Positions 59,528-64,000 of a DNA stretch of 64,000 bases are shown here, one piece after another. The stretch lies in NCBI RefSeq assembly GCF_011386835.1, contig NC_088794.1:148118001-148182000 (forward strand), written 5' to 3'. Position 1 is the first letter of the stretch. Each line of letters opens with the position of its first letter. The position numbers and the translations under genes are program-made. The notes beneath the pieces are model-generated. The model saw only the letters and a list, made by a program, of their open reading frames with translations, made no database searches and was not told the DNA's origin. The stretch is from Chrysemys picta bellii. Lineage: Eukaryota.

Positions 59528-60238
59528 TGTCAGATGTTTGGCTGCATGTGTGTGTGTTCTCCCTGTGTGCCGTCCCAGTTCTGCGCAGACAGCTGGCCCA
59601 GCAGACCTCGAGCAAACCGCCCAATGACCACAAGATCCATTAAGGTACGAAGGCACCTGGCCAGGTTTATTGTCGGCAAAGCACGGTCCTAGCTCCCCGG
59701 ATCAATGTCAACATTTATACTAGCACTTGTATGCCCCTGACAATGGACGCAGCTCAGTGAACGGAGGGACTTTCCATTCCCCCCTCGGCTGGCCAAAGAC
59801 ACTCCCTCTGAGATACGTCTTTATACCCTGATACAAACAAGTTACATATTGTCGCTCTGACATGGCTAAATGCCACCCATTATCTTGTACATGTTGGTTT
59901 AATCAAAACATTTTTATTCATTATGTTGTTATCCCGACCTTATCTTTAAGATGGTCAGCGTGTTCCTGTTCTCTTTGGGGAATGCGTTGGTATCGAGGTG
60001 TTCTGGTGCCACCCTTCTGGAATGTGTTTGAGGGTGTATTCTGTGCCTAGCACTTCTTAGGAATGAGTATTTCTGCAATATTAGCCCCATTCTTGCCAGA
60101 TTCTGTGAGCAGGGCCTACCTCTTGCTCACAACCTAACTTTGCTTTATACCACCAAAGCTTTGACCACTACTTTAGCTCAGGCCTCATACCAGGCCTCTG
60201 ATACAAGGTCTTATGTTTCAGGCCCTCTTCCTACTACA
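59528..60238 (-). mobile_element. Solo LTR, same orientation as RTRAF
   Basis: TG...CA termini (tgtcaga / ctactaca); TATAAA on - at 59820-59825, AATAAA on - at 59666-59671; 5-bp flanks GCACG / GCGTG, both derivable from GCGCG by CpG decay. Confidence 0.75.
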
Positions 60239-60599
60239 GCGTGATGAGCAACAACTAACATTATCCTTGTTAAAAAATAAACAATATATGGAGAAAAAAA
60301 CATGAATGGATCAACCCAGAAGTCTGCTGACAGCATTACATGTTGTTATGCCTGGCCCCAAATTTAGTGAGGGAGGAAATGACCATCAGGGAAGGAAAAG
60401 CGGCAGAGACAAATGCACTCAGCCTTGTAAACACCTTGTTGTGCTCTGTATCACCCTTCCTGGGTCACTTCTAGAGAGGCCTCCAAATACTCACTGTTAG
60501 CAGCATGGTGGGTGAGCATCAGTGCCTCAAGCATGAGAAGGAGGGGAACTACAATGTGTGGTTGCTTAGGACTCAGAGGAGCTGTGAGCTGTGGAAGGC

Positions 60600-61050
60600 A
60601 AAATTCTAACGATCAATTGACAAGGTGGAAAATTAGTTAAAGAACTTCCCAGGCTCATCATAAAGATGAGTGCGGTCACTTCCCCTCCATTCCCAACTAT
60701 GCCCCCTAGTAGTCTCTCAACTTGAACTCTATAACCTCCTTCTCGCTGGCCACCCTCATTCTCAGCCTTGACCTCTCTGTAATCCATCCAAATGCTGCTG
60801 TAAAACACAGCTTGCCCACGTCCCTGATTCATATCCAGCTTCTCTTTATCTTCCATTACGGACGTCCCCAAACCCTTGCACTGAAGGTCTTTCTCCCTGC
60901 CTTCAAGGTCCCGCTTTACTTAGCTCCTTCCTACATTTCTGCTCTCATAGTTTTGCTTGTGCCCATTTTGCTCTGTCGAAACTCATGTCTAACTGCCCCT
61001 CTTGTGCCCTTTCTTATTCTCTTTTCCCTGCTTTCTTCCATGAGGTCCTG
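60600..61050 (+). mobile_element. Ancient L2-type LINE 3' remnant
   Basis: ORF 60722-61174 contains IHPNAAVK and LKVFLPAFKVPLYLAPSYISALI, resembling L2 ORF2 C-terminal (IQNAAAR..FKALH.LAP.YLS.LI). Confidence 0.55.
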
Positions 61051-61061
61051 TGGGTTTAGAG

Positions 61062-61474
61062 CAGTGGTTCTCAACCGGGGGTACACGTACCCCTGGGAGT
61101 ATACAGGAGATCTTCCAGGAGGTACATCAACTCCTCATGTAGATATTTGCCTAGTTTTACAACAGGCTCCATAAAAAGCACTAACAAAGTCAGTACAAAC
61201 TAAAATGTCATACAGACAATGACTTGTTTATCCTGCTCTATAGACTATACCCTGAAATATAAGTGCAGTATTTATATTCCAATTGATTGATTGAAGAATT
61301 ATATGGTAAAAATGAGAAAGTCAGCAATTTTTCAGTACTAGTGTGCTGTGACACTTCTGTATTTTTATGTCGGATTTTGTAAGCAAGTAGTTTTTAAGTG
61401 AGGTGAAACTTGGGGTGCGCAAGACAAAGACTCCCGAAAAGGGTAGAGTAGTCTAGAAAAGTTGAGAGACACTT
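61062..61474. mobile_element. hAT-Charlie-like MITE
   Basis: cagtggttctcaacc ... gttgagagacact termini; TSD not preserved. Confidence 0.75.
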
Positions 61475-62097
61475 TTTTTGAGCCCTTTCCCAAGTTGATC
61501 TGCCTGCACATTCTCCTTGCAAACACTTTCTTCTGAGAGGTCTACATGCCCGAATGATCTTCTCAAAGTATTTACAAATTATAACTATTTTAATAAATCC
61601 TGGGAGAAAAAAATGCATGCTTAACCCCACTATTCATTCGTCTGCTTTTGGTACATCCTATTTCTTGTCCCTTGTCTAGTCACGGGCTGTTTAGACTGTG
61701 AAACCTCCAGGGCAAGGACCATGTTAACTTAGTTATATGGGCAGTGCCAAGCACAGTTTGGGTGGGTTTTTTATAAATAAGAAAATATATGTACATTCAT
61801 GGAGCTCTGACTTTCATCACCTATTGAATTTGAGTTCAAAGAAGAATAGAACAAGTGTTATCTTTCATATTTCAAAGGCTACAGCATTCTCCACCGAACT
61901 TGGTAAGTACTAAGTTAGGCTGTGTATGTAGGAGTCTCAGAGATAGACGGGTAATGAGGCTGTTGTGCCAGGGAACAAGAGAAAGAATTGAGTTTCCCTT
62001 ACTTGCCCGCTTTAGGTGGATGAAGAATTTGCCTGCAGAAGTCCAAACTGGCCAGCAGAGGGCTTATGAGAAATGTAATAATTCCTGATTCTTTACA

Positions 62098-62400
62098 GGT
62101 TTCAGGGTAGCAGCCGTGTTAGTCTGTATCCTCCAAAAGAACAGGAGTACTTGTGGCACCTTAGAGACTAACAAATTTATTAGAGCATAAGCTTTTGTGG
62201 GCTACAACCCACTTCTTTGGATGCATATAGAGTGAAACATATATTGAGGAGATATATATACACACATACAGAGAGCATGAACAGGTGGGAGTTGTCTTAC
62301 CAACTCTGAGAGGCCAATTAAGTAAGAGGAAAAAAAAATACCTTTTGAAGTGATAATCAAGATAGCTCAGTACAGACAGTTTGATAAGAAGCAAGTGTGA
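62098..62400 (-). mobile_element. Penelope-like element fragment with minimal hammerhead motif (62185-62224)
   Basis: ggtttcagggtagcagccgtgttagtc..gtggcaccttagagactaac; minus strand gcat-CCAAAGA-a-GTGGG ttgtag CCCAC-AAA-AGCT-T-atgc. Confidence 0.75.
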
Positions 62401-63765
62401 GAATACTTACACTTTCTTTACAGTGCATTTGTAAGAAAAGTGTGATACATTTATAGTAACATTTTTCATAGCATTTTAATTAGATAAGATCTGCATCTTT
62501 TAGGAGCTGAACTTAAACAATGCTTTCTGTCTAAATAAGGAGTTTTATGACCAAAATTAAAGAAGGGAGGATGAGGATGAAAGTTAGATTTCTACCTGGC
62601 ATTTAAAAAATAAATATTAAAAGAGCTACACACAGTATGATTTTGCACACCTTTTTCTTCTCTTCATACCTTTCCTGTTATTGCTACAATCCACTTCCTA
62701 CTCTCACTGTCTCTATCTTTTAGGAGAAATATGGCCATTGAGCAGTTCTGTTAAGACACTCACCAATGCAGTCTTCTTCCTATAATAAACTCGCAAGGCC
62801 CACGGATATGAAATAAGAATTTTCCTTTTATTGGCTTTAGCCTTGAGCATCTTTTCCTTTACATTTATTTTCCTAAATGGTTCAACTCCAGTTCAGCATC
62901 CACTGTTCAGGGAGGTCCTATTTTTCCAGCTGGGCAGATTAAGGTGCCTGGAAGCTAAGATACCAGATAAGGAAAATGCCATGATAACATGGCTTCTAAC
63001 CAAGTTTTCACTGTGAGCAAAAAATTCCTTTTTATTTGGCCATTGTTGCGCCAGAGTGAATTTAAAGTAACTTCAGCTGAGTTAAAGTCTCTGCACCAAA
63101 TTGTATTACAAAAATTGTTTAACTCATATCGCTCCTGACTTATAAGGTAGTCTCCAGGGCATAGAGTTCAGAAATGGCCCATACAGCTTTGGAAATGCCT
63201 ATATTTGCTGCCTGGTGACTACTGAAGATAACAGATCCTACTGTGTATTTTACATCATACCATAAATATTACTGCTACGTTTGCACTCCATGCCACTCTG
63301 TTAGCAGAAGCACCAAATAACAGTGATGTCGTTCTCAGAATGGTGCCAGTACAATTTGTAAACAAGAGACTTGGAAACTGACACCTCCTTCTTAGAGCTC
63401 ATCCATTCAGGAAACTGAACCATATTGTATAGCCAAGCAAAATTAACCAACACAACTTGTGTTTCAAATGCGGACTACACACTGCAGCCTAAAACCTTCC
63501 TGGGTCACTTCTAAGAGTTCTTCATAAAATCATTCACCAAGTAATTTCTAATAAATGCATTCAATAAAACAGTGAAAAATCATGACCCTTATAGAAATCA
63601 GTTGGAATTCTGGAGTCTTCTTGATCCTGTTAGTTTTTCTAGAGGTTTTTGGTACTGGCATAGAATTTAAAAGAGAATTATATCCCTGCTATAGCATTCT
63701 ATAGGAAGGTGCAAAGCACCAATTAAAGGGTATCCTTCTCTATAAAAGCCTACAGAATTCAAAAG

Positions 63766-64000
63766 TGTGACGGGATCCCTGGGGTGCAACCTGCAGCCGT
63801 GAGACCGCTGTGCCCCCTTAACTCTCCAGCCTGGGCTGTCTCTCCCAATGCTTTGCTAGTGACAAGCAGCAAACCCCTCCAGGAGCTATCACTCAGCATG
63901 TGGAGCCCCACACCCAGCTAGATTGCATGAATGCTCCCAGAGCTACTCACAAATCATGCAGAGAAAGGCACCAGCTCCCAGCCTTGTACCTCAAGATGAG
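63766..64000. mobile_element. LTR-like element, truncated by window end
   Basis: Begins TGTGACGGGAT with an abrupt GC rise, similar start to the 41448 LTR; other end not visible. Confidence 0.5.

Noticed and set aside
58400-64000. 3' end of the neighbouring gene GNG2 expected from human synteny
   Set aside because: No GNG2 coding sequence recognised within the window

Overview
Vertebrate genomic DNA, almost certainly a turtle (inferred from the tRNA-head/CR1-tail SINE and the CR1, Penelope-like and hAT/Tigger MITE content). Two protein-coding genes lie tail-to-tail. (1) On +, the 3' part of NID2 (nidogen-2): 17 coding exons from 2029 to the stop at 32013, covering the first EGF, the G2 domain, EGF repeats, two thyroglobulin type-1 domains and the G3 YWTD propeller; the 5' exons are upstream of the window. 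(2) On -, the complete RTRAF (C14orf166/hCLE) CDS: 8 exons, 735 nt = 244 aa + stop, ATG at 57822, with a CpG-island promoter. All exon boundaries were read by hand as GT-AG with consistent phases. Most of the listed six-frame ORFs are spurious products of GC-rich introns or transposon remnants. I did not find a clearly new biological system. The most notable observations are: hammerhead-ribozyme motifs in Penelope-like relics, an inverted CR1 pair bracketing the three in-frame EGF exons of NID2 (skipping/circRNA candidate), an RGD motif in NID2 at the NID1-type position, a hAT element built from two inverted right ends, a solo LTR with a GTAAGT donor pointing at RTRAF, and a strong GC3 shift inside NID2. 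Protein comparisons are from recalled human sequences; no alignments or database searches were run.
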